64,000 bases of DNA from Octopus vulgaris (GCA_951406725.2 OX597823.1:78368001-78432000); one strand, 5' to 3'; shown: positions 11,312 to 24,858, counted from the first letter of the stretch. Numbers and translations are program-made. The notes: generated by a model not told the origin, from the letters alone.

Positions 11312-13755
11312 TCAGGCCATAACCCGTGGCCCCTACCTGGGACGTAGTCAGTCCTCCTGTGCATACCTTCCTTCTTGTGACACTTATGAAGACCTGTTGA
11401 GGCAAGTGAAAATCAAATCAAATCAAAACAAATCAAAATAGATGAACATCAGTGGAATTGTATTCTTTGTGGTACCAGTGCCGGTGGCACACAAGAAAAC
11501 CACCCAAACGTGGCTGTAGCCAGTACCGCATCGACTGGCCTCCGTGCTGTGGGCACAACAAACACCATTCGATCGTGGCCGTTCGCCAGCCTCATCTGGC
11601 ACCTGTGTCGGTGGCACATAAAGACACCATCCGAAGACCCGGCGACGTAGTCAGTCCACCTGTGCATACCTTCCCTCTTATGACACTTGTGAAGACCTGT
11701 TGAGGCAAGTGTGTGACACTTGTGAAGACCTGTTGAGGCAGAGGCAAGTGTGTGACACTTGTGGAGACCTGTTGAGGCAAGTGTGTGACCCTTGTGAAGA
11801 CCTGTTGAGGCAAGTGAAAATCAAATCAAAAATCAAATCAAACCAAATCAAAATAGATGAACATCAATGGAATTTGTATCTTTGTGGTTCCAGTACCGGT
11901 GGCACACAAGAAAACCATCCGAACGTGGCCGTAGCCAGTACCGCATCGACTGGCCTCCGTGCTGTGGGCACAACAAACACCATCTGATCGTGGCCGTTCG
12001 CCAGCCTCATCTGGCACCTGTGTCGGTGGCACATAAAAACACCATCCGAAGACCTGGCGACGTAGTCAGTCCACCTGTGCATACCTTCCCTCTTATGACA
12101 CTTGTGAAGACCTGTTGAGGCAAGTGTGTGACACTTGTGAAGACCTGTTGAGGCAGAGGCAAGTGTGTGACACTTTGTGAAGACCTGTTGAGGCAGAGGC
12201 AAGTGTGTGACACTTGTGGAGACGTGTTGAGGCAAGTGTGTGACACGTGTGACACTTGTGAAGACCTGTTGAGGCAAGTGAAAATCAAATCAAACCAAAC
12301 TTGTGAAGACCTGTTGAGGCAAGTGAAAATCAAACCAAATCAAAATAGATGAACATCAATGGAATTTGTATCTTTGTGGTTCCAGTACCGGTGGCACACA
12401 AGAAAACCATCCGATCGTGGCCGTTCGCCAGCCTCATCTGGCACCTGTGTCGGTGGCACATAAAAACACCATCCGAAGACCCGGCGACGTAGTCAGTCCA
12501 CCTGTGCATACCTTCCTACTTATGACACTTGTGAAGACCTGTTGAGGCAAGTGAAAATCAAAATCAAATCAAATCAAATCAAACCAAATCAAAATAGATG
12601 AACATCAATGGAATTTGTATCTTTGTGGTACCAGTACCGGTGGCACACAAGAAAACCATCCGAACGTGGTCGTAGCCAGTACCGCATCGACTGGCCTCTG
12701 TGATGTGGGCACATAACAAACACCATCCGATCGTGGCCGTCCGCCAGCCTCATCTGGCACCTGTGTCGGTGGCACATAAAAACACCAACCGAAGACCCGG
12801 CAAGACTAGTCAGGCCATAACCCATGGCCCCTACTTGGGACGTAGTCAGTCCACCTGTGCATACCTTCCTTCCTTCTTGTGACACTTGTGAAGACCTGTT
12901 GAGGCAAGTGAAAATCAAATCAAATCAAATCAAAATAGATGAACATCAATGGAATTTGTATCTTGTGGTACCGGTGCCAGTGGCACACAAGAAAACCATC
13001 CGAACGTGGCCGTAGCCAGTACCGCATCGACTGGCCTCCGTGCTGTGGGCACGCAACAAACACCATCCGATCGTGGCCGTTCGCCAGCCTCATCTGGCAC
13101 CTGTGTCGGTGGCACATAAAAACACCATCCGAAGACCCGGCAAGACTAGTCAGGCCATAACCCGTGGCCCCTACCTGGGACGTAGTCAGTCCACCTGTGC
13201 ATACCTTCCTTCTTGTGACACTTGTGAAGACCTGTTGAGGCAAGTGAAAATCAAATCAAAACAAATCAAAATAGATGAACATCAATGGAATTTGTATCTT
13301 TGTGGACCAGTGCCGGTGGCACACAAGAAAATCATCCGAACGTGGCCGTAGCCAGTACCGCATAGACTGGCCTCCGTGCTTTGGGGACGTAACAAACACC
13401 ATCCGATCGTGGCCGTCCGCCAGCCTCATCTGGCACCTGTGTCGGTGGCACATAAAAACACCATCCGAGCGTGGCCGTCTGCCAGCCTTGTCTGGCACCT
13501 GTGTCGGTGGCACATAAAAACACCATCCGAGCGTGGCCGTTCGCCAGCCTCGTCTGGCACCTGTGTCGGTGGCACATAAAATCACCCACTACACTCTCGG
13601 AGTGGTTGGCGTTGGGAAGGGCGTCCAGCTGTAGAAACACTGCCAGATCTGACTGGCCTGGTGCAGCCTTCGGGCTCCCCAGACCCCAGTTGAACCGTCC
13701 AGCCCATGCTAGCATGGAGGACGGACGCTAAATGATGATGATGATGATGATGATG
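11312..13755 (+). repeat. RTE 3' UTR expanded into six tandem units, ending in the RTE tail and (GAT)n
   Basis: Marker gaggcaagtgaaaatcaaa...aaatagatgaacatca recurs near 11400, 11808, 12317, 12545, 12901 and 13237; terminal acccatgctagcatgga...aaatgatgatg. Confidence 0.92.
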
Positions 13756-13989
13756 TATATATATATGTGTGTGTGTATGTATATATATATGTGTGTATAT
13801 ATATATATATGTATGTATGTATATATATATATGTGTGTATATATATATATGTATGTATATATATATGTGTGTATATATATATATGTATGTATATATATAT
13901 GTGTGTATGTATATATATATATGTGTATGTGTATATATATATATGTATGTGTGCATATATGTATGTATGTGTGTATATATATAAGTGTG

Positions 13990-14028
<39 letters not shown>

Positions 14029-14035
14029 GTGTGTG

Positions 14036-14583
14036 TATAACCTGTGGCCCCTACCTGGGACGTAGTCAGTCCACCTGTGCATACCTTCCTTCTTGTGACA
14101 CTTGTGAAGACCTGTTGAGGCAAGTGAAAATCAAAATCAAAACAAATCAAAATAGATGAACATCAATGGAATTTGTATCTTTGTGGTACCAGTGCCGGTG
14201 GCACGTGGCACACAAGAAAACCATCCGAAGCGTGGCCGTAGCCAGTACTGCATCGACTGGCCTCTGTGCTGTGGGCACGTAACAAACACCATCCGATCGT
14301 GGCCGTTTGCCAGCCTCATCTGGCACCTGTGTCGGTGGCACATAAAAAACACCATCCGAGCATGGCCATTTGCCAGCCTCGTCTGGCACCTGTGTCGGTG
14401 GCACATAAAATCACCCACTACACTCTCGGAGTGGTTGGCGTTAGGAAGGGCATCCAGCTGTAGAAACACTGCCAGATCTGACTGGACTGGTGCAGCTTTC
14501 GGGCTCCCCAGACCCCAGTTGAACCGTCCAACCCATGCTAGCATGGAAAGCGGACGTTAAATGATGATGATGATGATGATGAT
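14036..14583 (+). mobile_element. Seventh unit plus a second complete RTE tail
   Basis: Starts ataacctgtggcccctacctgggacg as at 11319; ends ggacgttaaat(GAT)n; separated from the array by a TA/TG microsatellite. Confidence 0.9.
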
Positions 14584-15087
14584 ATTTGACATATGTCTAT
14601 ATATACATATGTACACACCAACATTCATAATTTCCATACACTCTCGTATATAATTACACCTAATATATATACATATTTTAGCAAGGGGTGTTATTAGATA
14701 TATATTATATTTGCAAAATTTTTTAAAGAAAATCTGTTTTAGTTGCTGTTTTTCAGTAATACTTGAATACTTGTTATTACATGCGTTATTATTGTTGTTT
14801 GTTGTTGTTTGTCAATTTTGAATTGTCAAAAAAGGGGTGTATAAATAATAACACTTATAATGCATGTTTGTTGAAAATTGTAAAGATGTGAGAGTTTGTG
14901 GGAAGGTGTATTTTAATGTATGAAAGATTATCAATGAATCTCTCTCTCTCCCCTCTCTTTCTACCCTCTCTTTCTCTCCTCTCTCTCTCCCCTCTCTCTC
15001 CCCTCTATCTCTTTCTCTCTACCTCTTTCTCATGTCCCTAAACAACTTATTCTTATACAAACATCAATGCTAGTAAATGTCTAGAGC

Positions 15088-15122
<35 letters not shown>

Positions 15123-15145
15123 TATACATATATATATACATATAC

Positions 15146-15192
<47 letters not shown>

Positions 15193-15267
15193 TACATATA
15201 TATATGTGTGTGTGTGTTTATGATATATGTATATGATACATGTATAAATCTATAAATTATATGTCTG

Positions 15268-15298
<31 letters not shown>

Positions 15299-15327
15299 TA
15301 CATATATATATATATATACACACACAC

Positions 15328-15371
<44 letters not shown>

Positions 15372-15706
15372 GTATACATATAACATGCATACACATATAT
15401 AATGTATGATATATTATATGTTATATATATATACTGCTTGTATAAATACCATATATTAACAGTACCTGCGGAAATTCTATGGTCAGTTTCAAAATTGCAA
15501 GATAAAATTGTATATTTTTCTGATGCATTTGATTATGGTGATGGTGTAAAACTCCACATAGGTAGTATTGATGGTACAAACTCAAGAAACAACATGTCTG
15601 AAGGTTTATAATTTTATGGTTTCGAATTTATGAGTTGTTATCTATTGTTTTTTTTCACTTCATGTCAGGAAGTAAACTTTGATAACTATGGGCAAATTCA
15701 AAGACA

Positions 15707-16100
15707 TCTTTATATATAAAAGTCAAGTTGTGTGTCTGTCTCCTACAATTTAGATTCCTAACTACTCCCACATTTTGCGGTGCAGTTTAACCAAAACCGG
15801 GTATCTAATAGTCGTGATTAATATCGAGCCCTTCTGGGTATTAGCGTGCGTCTACGCTGAGTCTACGATTTAAAAAAAATTTACCTTCAATTTTTCCCAT
15901 TTTTAATGCATTTTTGGCATATATAAAGGAAGTAACTCTCTAAAAATTTATTATTAAATCTCAGAACGTAAAAAAGCTACAGTACCCCCCCCCCCTTTGT
16001 GGTTAGCCATATTGAGATGGCTTTTATACTTTACATCTCTAAAAATGCTTATATAGTTATTTCCCTTACAAACCCAAGCAACGCCGGGCGATACTGCTAG
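15707..16100 (+). mobile_element. Non-autonomous Helitron
   Basis: 5' TC, 3' CTAG, subterminal hairpin ccc(a)agcaacgccggg; sits between host A and T with no TSD; near-identical to 38679-39062. Confidence 0.9.
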
Positions 16101-16532
16101 TTATCTATAAATTTATTCTGCTACTGTACATTGGTGAAGTTTTGACAAGCTTTAATATCTTTATTTGAAAACACTATTAAAACACCTTTCCCTAAACCTT
16201 CTCATTCTTGCTCTTGTTAGTTTATGCCAGCTATTATTGTCCCTATTTTCTAAACAAATACATTTGATTGCGCAGATGATAATCAATTGCCCTAAAGTGC
16301 ATGTGTTAAGTGGTAGGTGACATACAAATAAAAGGGATTACTCTTTTCCCTGTGCAATTACAATTGCCACTTCCATTAACTATCATCCCAACTGACACCA
16401 CCATCACCACCACTACTGCTATATGCATAAAAATTCTTAGTTTAAGTTATTTGCCAGTCAAGATTATTTCATTCCTTTTCATTTCATCTATCAGTCTGTC
16501 TATGTTTATCTGAATGTCTGTCTATGTTAGTA

Positions 16533-16574
<42 letters not shown>

Positions 16575-16598
16575 CCTATTTATCTATCTATCCATCCA

Positions 16599-16970
16599 TG
16601 AGCATAATCCTATGAACCTGGAAATTTAAAACAGAGGGTTACCTACTTGCAAACAAATGTGGTAATATGTAACAATACTGACTGAGGTTACCGTGGTCTT
16701 TTCCGTAGGCTTTTCTTCCCACGGATAAACCTTATCGGCTTCCCCCTTTACACATTACATCATGACACTGTGATACGCGATCCCTACTGATCGTTTTTTT
16801 CTCTTTTGTTTCTCTTCCTTTTTTCTTTTTTTTCTTCTTCTTCCCCTTTTACGATCCCTTTTGATCGAAAACCTACCCCACCCTTTTTTTTTCTTTCCCC
16901 CAAAAAGAAAAGCTCTACTTTGTAATCTGTCCTGTCTGTGTGCAGCCCTGTGTGGCTAATAAAGAAACAT
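16599..16970 (+). mobile_element. 3' end of the probable L1/Tx1-like LINE, copy 2
   Basis: 16687-16970 matches 1-250; flanked on both sides by (TATC)n. Confidence 0.65.
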
Positions 16971-17578
16971 ATCTATTTATCTATCTGCCTATCTATCTAT
17001 ATATTTCTGTATCTGTGTATCCATCTGTCTATTTATCTATATCTACATAGCTATTCATTTAACTGCATTTCTATTAATGTACCATGTTTTCTATCTGTAT
17101 ATGTATTGATATATTTGTTGACCCACTTTCTTCCCTATGTACCTATCAACCTACCTACCTACCAACCTACCTACCTACCTACCTACCTCCCCACCTACCT
17201 GTTTTGCTATGTACCTATCTATCTCATCAGATTTACTTTCTGTAGATGTATGTATCAGTCTCCTCTGAAAATACAGATAAGCAACCAAACCTAATAACAT
17301 TCACAAAAAAATACTCGTGGTGTCCTTGTATGGCCACAGACATTGGGCTGGAACACTTAAGAGTGACAACAACAGTTATTTCCTAACCAAAGCTATTTCA
17401 CTTTAATTTAATTAATTACATATATATCTAGCCATTCATTTTCCTGTCTTCTGCCTGATGATGTATCTATGTGAATACATACATCGATACTGTGTGCACT
17501 TCAGCATATATTCTTTCAACTGCACCACGTGCATCTGCACTAACCATGTGTGTGTGTGTTTGTGTCTGTGTGTGTGTA

Positions 17579-17633
<55 letters not shown>

Positions 17634-17641
<8 letters not shown>

Positions 17642-17720
17642 GGTTGAAAAGGAACATGCAAGTTGATATGTATAAGGAAAATAAGACAAGGTAGAAAATG
17701 CTAAAATAATTTTATCATGA
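17634..17720 (-). mobile_element. Fragment of the Penelope-like family at 32110-32365
   Basis: Reverse complement of 32281-32364 (ggttgaaaag...caaggtagaaaatgctaaa). Confidence 0.65.
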
Positions 17721-18545
17721 AGAACATATATTAAATATATATATATATGATGGTATAAAAATCATCTTTGCTTTTTACCATCTTTTAAGGTTAAATTTAT
17801 GGGGCTGACCCTATTATAGGTATAACTTTTGAGGGGCTGAAATTTCTGCTAGAATCCAACATTTTTTATGATATACAGGAGCCAAAATCACTGCTGAATG
17901 AATATTGGAAATCCAATGAATTGGAGTAATAATTCCAATTTTACACATCAAAACACAAGTTCTACTAAGCAACAATAACCATAAATAAGACTACATAGCA
18001 CTTATAAATACTTATAGCTGTTTCATTTTACTCAAATCCATCTCACTCTTCAGACTGGATTAATGAAATCAATTTGTATCTCATAATTATTATATGTTAC
18101 CTCTAACTTACCATAATAATCTGCTCATTGCCAATACTTGTTCAACCATTAGTATGTTTAAACATCACCTGTTCAACATGTTTTGCATCACAACCCTCCA
18201 AGCACATTATTTTCAAATTCATGTTTAAAATCACACTCATGACAAGTACATTGTATCAGACTGCCTTTTTGTCTCTAATTAATTCAATGCAGCTTTGAAC
18301 ATTAAATACCAAATTTGAGAAAAGTTGTTGAAACACAACACTATTCTCCATGCAAACAATCTACTCCAATTTTTTTTTCTTTCATAGCTGGATTAGAGTC
18401 CTCCATTACCTTTGCTGTATTTTTATTTTTAATGTATTCAGTGCAACTTAAGGCCATAAGATATAAAACAGACATAAAAATAGATAATGACAATAGAAAC
18501 ATAAACAAACTAGTAAGTATTCATTTATGCTTACAAAAAATTAAG

Positions 18546-18720
18546 GCATGGCTTAATGGTTAGGTTGTTGGCCTAACCATTAATCACGAGATCATGGTTT
18601 CAATTCTTAGACTGGGTAGTATGTTGATTTCTTGAATACTTCATTTCACATTGCTCCAGTCCTATGAACTGTAAGTGTATAATCTGGTGATGTACTGGCA
18701 TCCTCTTGAAGGTGAATGTT
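18546..18720 (+). mobile_element. Decayed tRNA/CORE-type SINE (family C, possibly octopus OR2)
   Basis: A box tggcttaatgg, B box ggtttcaattc, then cttcatttcacattgctccagtc; second copy at 39663-39785. Confidence 0.6.
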
Positions 18721-18737
18721 GTTATCTTTATCACATA

Positions 18738-18948
18738 GAAGAGGGGCTGAAAAGTTCCTGGCTTTAAGGACATCAAGAAAGCCTATTTAGAGGCCCAAAA
18801 TTCTGAGTTCTTTTAAAGGACTTAGAAAAACTGAAGAACTGCTTGCAATATGTGTGTGAATCTGAGAGGGGAATATGTTGAATAAAATAATAATTAACTG
18901 ACCCACTTGTATTTTCTTTTACCAGAAACTTTTCAACACCACCTCATA
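18738..18948 (+). mobile_element. mariner internal-deletion derivative (MITE)
   Basis: TIRs gaggggctgaaaagttcctgg / ccagaaacttttcaacaccacctca-TA; retains the transposase end LEKLK...CVNLRGEYVE*. Confidence 0.8.
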
Positions 18949-19029
18949 AATGCCATTGTGACAGTACTTACATAAATGGTACATCTTAAGCATTTCAGAC
19001 ACAACAAGTCCATTAAAATCCAAAATCCA

Positions 19030-20110
19030 ACAAAATCACACTGTTCAGCTTCAGCACAATAAGGATCATCTTCAGGTTCGGTGTCCAGCAGCACACCATC
19101 CATGTCATTGCACAGGCAATCCTCTTTTGATCCATCCAATTTATTTCAAATTGAATGTTTCTTAACTGATTGGACAACAGTGTCAGCTTGAACTTTTTTC
19201 CGTGGATCAACAATTCATTTACAAATCAGAGCTAGTGATGGCACTCACATACAATCTCTCCTCATGTATGGCTTTTCTCCATCACACATCCATTTAGTCC
19301 ACTTGATTCTTGTCATATCCTTAAATGTCTTATTGTTATTAACATCTAATGGTTGTAAAACACTAGTAAGTTTACCAGAAATTACAGCTACATCAGTATA
19401 TTGTGATCAGAAGTGCCATGAACTAGTCCCAGATGAGAAATCTTCATTTCATAGTCCAAATGATTATAAATTCCAGACACCCTTTATTCATTTTCCCCAT
19501 CAGACCTCATCAATGTAACCACTGCCAACTACATACTGAGACAAAATCTTGTATCTTATATTCATATATATATATTGTATACATTTATGTATAAATATAT
19601 GTGTATGCATAAAGTTTTAAGATACATCTCATAGACGCTCTTGGATGAATTGTCTGTGATGTTTCAGTCTTCCTAAGGGATTATGGAGCTTTCAGCATCA
19701 AAGCATCATCACCTAGTTGACCCAGTCAGGGTTGATCAAGTCCCTCCTTGATCAACATCCTGCTTTCTGGATGTATTGTAAATCAGCCATTCAAGAAAGG
19801 ACTAAAATATATTTTTCTCACGTCTAATGATCCTCCTCAAAACTGATTCTCTTCCCCAAGCTTTTATGGTTCACAGTCGATTTCTCTCGTATGTCTAGAG
19901 TAATGGACATGTCAACCATGTTTCCTGCATGCGATAACTAGTATCATTCCTAATGTCAATTTCTGATTGCATATTGGGGAAACTGTAAGATCTTATCATC
20001 CAGATCAGCAGACAGCTTTTGTGTGATCTACGTTCTCTTCTGAGCCATTGAATCATTCCATGTCATGAATGCAATGCACCATTCAGCACTTGCTTTAAAA
20101 TCCAAAATTC
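19030..20110 (-). pseudogene. pogo/Tigger-family transposase pseudogene (CENP-B-type HTH + DDE_1)
   Basis: Hand translation gives FKASAEWC..FM; QKLSADLDDKI; GNMVD (GNMDET); LIWD*F (LVWDSF); VAVISGKLTSVLQPLDV; KLDGSKED. Multiple stops and frameshifts. Confidence 0.88.
19514..19750 (+). mobile_element. 237-bp insertion in the pogo gene with a 5-bp TSD
   Basis: ATCAA at 19509-19513 and 19751-19755; starts TGTAAC; second copy at 20627-20897. Confidence 0.65.
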
Positions 20111-20626
20111 AACATATTTTGGTTCCTTTCATGCTTGGATTTTGTGGGCTACACAAGTAATTCAATTATCATTTCGAAGATTATGAAACCCCACCTCTGC
20201 AATATATTATATATTATGTAAACCTGAAATGCACATATTAAATGACTTCAAAAATCACTATTTGCTTTGACTCCATTATTATAACGACACACACATGCAC
20301 ATGCTTACATACACATGCACACACACACGCACACAAACACGCATGCATGCACAACCACATACACACCTACACATACACACACACACACACTTCTGTGATG
20401 TGCAATAGAAGCACTATTAGATTGAAATAACCATCTTTGTGTCATACTTGATGCAGATACATCACAAAAGATCAAATTAAATGCAGTATTCATTTCAAGA
20501 TAATATCTCTTATGGATAATATATTTTTAAAAGCAAAAATGTATCATCCACAGCTGAGAATCATCCAGCAGTGGCAGATAAAATGGTAAACGTGCATTGC
20601 TACCTCACTGGACTTTGTCAGTGGCA

Positions 20627-20897
20627 TGTAACCACTGCCAACCACATGATGAGACAAAATACTGTATCTTATATTCATATATATTGTATACATTTATGTG
20701 TACAATATATATAAGTTTTAAGATATATTGTATACATAAATGTATACAATATATATATAAGTTTTAAGATACATTTCGTGGATGCTCTGGAATGAATTGT
20801 CTGTGATGTTTCAGTGTTCCTAAGGGATTTTGGATTTTTCAGTATCAAAGCCTCATGACCTACTTGACCCAGTCAGGGTTAATCAAGTCCCACCTTG
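20627..20897 (+). repeat. Second copy of the 19514-19750 element
   Basis: tgtaaccactgccaac...gacccagtcagggtt.atcaagtccc.ccttg, with an internal AT-rich duplication. Confidence 0.75.
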
Positions 20898-21217
20898 CTT
20901 CTCATTAGCAGTAAACATCTGGTCTGCCCTCTTTATCCCAATCCAATGAGTAACATTCTCTGCCATTTCAGTGATAGAACTCATAGTCTTCCTCTTTGCT
21001 GCACCAGTAACTCAAAACCCAATCAGAGCCTCACAGAGTTAATGTGAGTTAATTGACCTGATCAACCCATTTAAACTGCCTTACAATGTGCCTACCAACT
21101 AACCCCAATTTCTGCACTGGTTTACTAGCTCCTAGTATTTGACAAGCTTCTTCTCATGAGCTTCCTCCCAGGGCACAGTCTACTCTCACATGATCACCTA
21201 GATCCCTCTATATGTTT

Positions 21218-21450
21218 GTTATTTCTTTACTGCCCACAAGGGACTACACACAGAGGGGACAAACAAGGACAGACAAACGGATTAAGTCGATTATATCGAC
21301 CCCAATGCGTAACTGGTACTTATCTAATCAACTCCAGGAGGATGAAAGGCAAAGTCGACCTCAGCAGTATTTGAACTCACAACGTAACGGCAGACAAAAT
21401 ACTGCTAAGCATTTCGCCCAGCATGCTAATGTTTCTGCCAGCTCGCTACC
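21218..21450 (-). mobile_element. SINE family B, tail type 1, full length
   Basis: Complete head, Meta-like core and agccccttgtggg-type tail in reverse orientation. Confidence 0.88.
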
Positions 21451-21604
21451 CTATGTTTGTATGATATGTGTGTATGTGTATATGTGTGTATATCCCTCTG
21501 TATGTTTGTATGATGTATGTGTATGTGTTGGCACTTTAGGAAAGTATCTTCTACCATAGCCATGAGACAACCAAAGCCTTGTGAGATATATACATATAAG
21601 AATA

Positions 21605-22010
21605 GGTACAGGAGTGGCTGTGTGGTAAGTAGCTTGCTTACTTACCACATGGTTCTGGGTTCAGTCCTACTGCATGACAGCTTAGGCAAGTGTGTGTGTG
21701 TTTGTGTGTCTGTGTTTGTCTCCCACCATCACTCGACAACCGATATTGGTGTGTTTACATCCACATAACTTAGTAGTTCGGCAAAAGAGACCTATAGAAT
21801 AAGTACTAGGCTTACAAGGAATAAGTCCTGGGGCATATACGTCTGTGTTTGTCCCCCTGTCATTGCCTAAGAACCAACACCAATGTGTTTATGCCAGATA
21901 GAGTAAGTACTAGGCTTACAAAGAATTGAGGCCTAGGGCCTGGTTCCTTTGACTAAGATTCTTTAATGTGGTACTCCAGCATGGCCACAGTCAAATTAAA
22001 AGAATAAAAA
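21605..22010 (+). mobile_element. SINE family A with a duplicated 3' segment
   Basis: Head at 21605; gtctgtgtttgtc...taagtactaggcttaca occurs twice. Confidence 0.8.
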
Positions 22011-22494
22011 AATAACATTTGAATGTGTGTGTGTGTGTGTGTGTATGTGCACCTACTTAGCTAATATGTCAGCCTCCTTCACCCTTCATTTAACTTCCTT
22101 CCCGCTAACCTTCCTCTCTCACCTCACAATTTCTCTGCCATTCTGGACTCTATGTCTGTCTGTCTGTCTCTCTCTCTCTTTTCACCCACTAGTTCATCAT
22201 TCTTTTATCCTTCTTATACACGCAATTCACATGCACATATACATGTACGGAGTCACATACTGCATTCCTGTGCAAGATAAGTGTTTGTGGGTGAGTTGGG
22301 AAGTATTTCCAGCATGCAAATACGTGTGCGTATGCACATGCATCTGCAAGTCTGACTATGTGTGTTATGTGCATTGGTGCATGCGTGAGTGTCTGTGCAT
22401 TTATGCTTGTATTTTCCATATGCAGATACATGTGCACATGTCTATACATGTACATGCATAGCTATAAATATATGAGTATACAGAGAGTAAGATA

Positions 22495-22562
22495 CATATA
22501 TACATGTATATATATGTATATATCTATATATATATGTATGTATGTATATATATATATATGTA

Positions 22563-22616
<54 letters not shown>

Positions 22617-22640
22617 CTGTATGTATATATATATATACTG

Positions 22641-22690
<50 letters not shown>

Positions 22691-22703
22691 CTGTATGTAT
22701 ATA

Positions 22704-22753
<50 letters not shown>

Positions 22754-23145
22754 CATATACATATATATACTATATATATATACTGTATATATATATATAT
22801 ATACACACATACATACATTATCACTTAGTACATGTGTTTTTGTATATGTGAGTGCTTGTATGTATGTCTATATATGTGTGGATATATATATATTTATATA
22901 TATATAAATATATATATATACACATATATAAATACATACATATATGTATACGTATATATATATACATACATACATATATTTATTATATATACATAGACAC
23001 ACACATGCACGCACATATGCACATCTTCATGCACATAAATCATTTCATGTGTATCCATGTATGTTCTATTTTGGTGCATAAGGTTTGCTTATTTTTATTT
23101 CTTATATACATATATTTATATTTATATATATATATATATATGTAT
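22495..23145. repeat. Compound (TA)n/(TG)n microsatellite with recurring tatactgtatg interruptions
   Basis: Seen directly. Confidence 0.9.
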
Positions 23146-23340
23146 ATTTAATCTTTTTTATTTTTCTTCTTTGATACATCATTATTCTGAAGGAAGCAGC
23201 TTCATTTTAGCTAATTTCTCAGTTCTTATGCAACATCACATAAACAAGTTTTCTTACCATTCTTTCCTTACCTCCCACCCTGTCTCTTCTTTTTGCTCCT
23301 TCCTTTTTCCCTACTCTATTCCCTTCTCCTCCTCTTCCTC

Positions 23341-23397
<57 letters not shown>

Positions 23398-24112
23398 TTC
23401 TCTATCGGAATACAAAATATAAAGACGAAACAAAAATGGAAAAGGGGAAAAAAAAAAAAAATTAACGAAAAGAAAAAAAAAACAAAAACAAACTATACAC
23501 ACAAAAAAATAAAAAAAAGAAACATACAAGAAAAACAGAAAAAATAAACACACACACATATACGCGTGCATATAGACTTATACATACATACACACAGATA
23601 CAAAAAATGTATGATGCTAAAATATTCGTTCGTGGCACGAATTTGCAGCTGTTCTAGTTAGAGCTAGTTAGTGATCAATAATTTTGGTGAGAGACTCCAT
23701 CTTGCTGCAATAAATGGTGCCCTTATCTCTACATTTCTCCAGCTTTTGCTTCTGTTCCACTTCTTGTCAGATCTATAATTATTTGCCGCGCTCACAGTCA
23801 GTACTTAATTTTTACAGTTTTCTGTGGACGGCTTTTATTACTATTCTCCTACAGTTTTATTTTGTTTTTTGCTATTCTTCTTTTTTTTTGGTTCGTTTTC
23901 TTGCTAAATTCGTTTTTTTGTTTTGCTTTTGATTATCTCTTCTTTCTTTTAGTATTATTAATTTTTTTCTCTCATTTATTCATCTATCAAGTAGTAGTAA
24001 TAGTAATAGTTATAGTGGTGGTGGCGGCAGTGTTAGTAATATTATCATTTGCTTGTAAGCTGTACACACATTATTAATGTTAGGAATTACTCTTTAAAAT
24101 AATGCATTTACA

Positions 24113-24187
<75 letters not shown>

Positions 24188-24685
24188 ACACACACACACT
24201 TTGTCTTGCAAAGCTGCTGCATATCTGTTTGCATATACCTGTGTGTGCATCCGCATAGATCAGTATATACATATAGATATGTGCATATGCACTCTTTTAT
24301 CTGTATATTTGCACACACGCACACACACACACACACGCACACATGCATTTACATATATGCACACACATACATATATGCATGCATCTTCACTCACTATACA
24401 TGCAGTCAAATGCATTCACTTATAAACATATCTATACATAACAAGTTTAATTGCATAAATATATAGAGACCTAAACTCTGTGTGTGTGTGAGTGAGTGAG
24501 TGTATTCAGATACACTTCTATATACATACATATTCAAAAATATACGGAAACTGTTAATGTCGGTATAGAAATTTCACGAAGGCATGTATATATATATATA
24601 TATGCATGCACATATATCTGCACACATGCATGTGTGTGGTATATATATATATATATATATATATATACGTACATACATACATACA

Positions 24686-24738
<53 letters not shown>

Positions 24739-24826
24739 GCATATTTATCTAATTGGTTAAGTAAATGTATATGAATATAATCACAAACCTATGCACTCAT
24801 TTGGTTTTGGTTATATTTAATATACT

Positions 24827-24858
<32 letters not shown>

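Noticed and set aside
11394-11412. ctgttga-ggcaagt-gaaa as a hammerhead core in the array
   Set aside because: Invariant A6 is missing, helix II cannot form, and the motif is not kept in the sister copy at 28698.
11423-14560. Many 60-140 aa ORFs on both strands of the array
   Set aside because: GC-rich repeat open in several frames; downstream of the real RTE stop codon.
11312-14583. CRISPR-like appearance of repeated gaagacctgttgaggcaagtg units
   Set aside because: Intervening sequences are themselves repeats, there are no unique spacers or cas genes, and the array derives from an RTE 3' UTR.
15463-15611. Possible exon VPAEILWSVSKLQDK...
   Set aside because: Weak acceptor and donor, no recognisable domain, not CUB-like.
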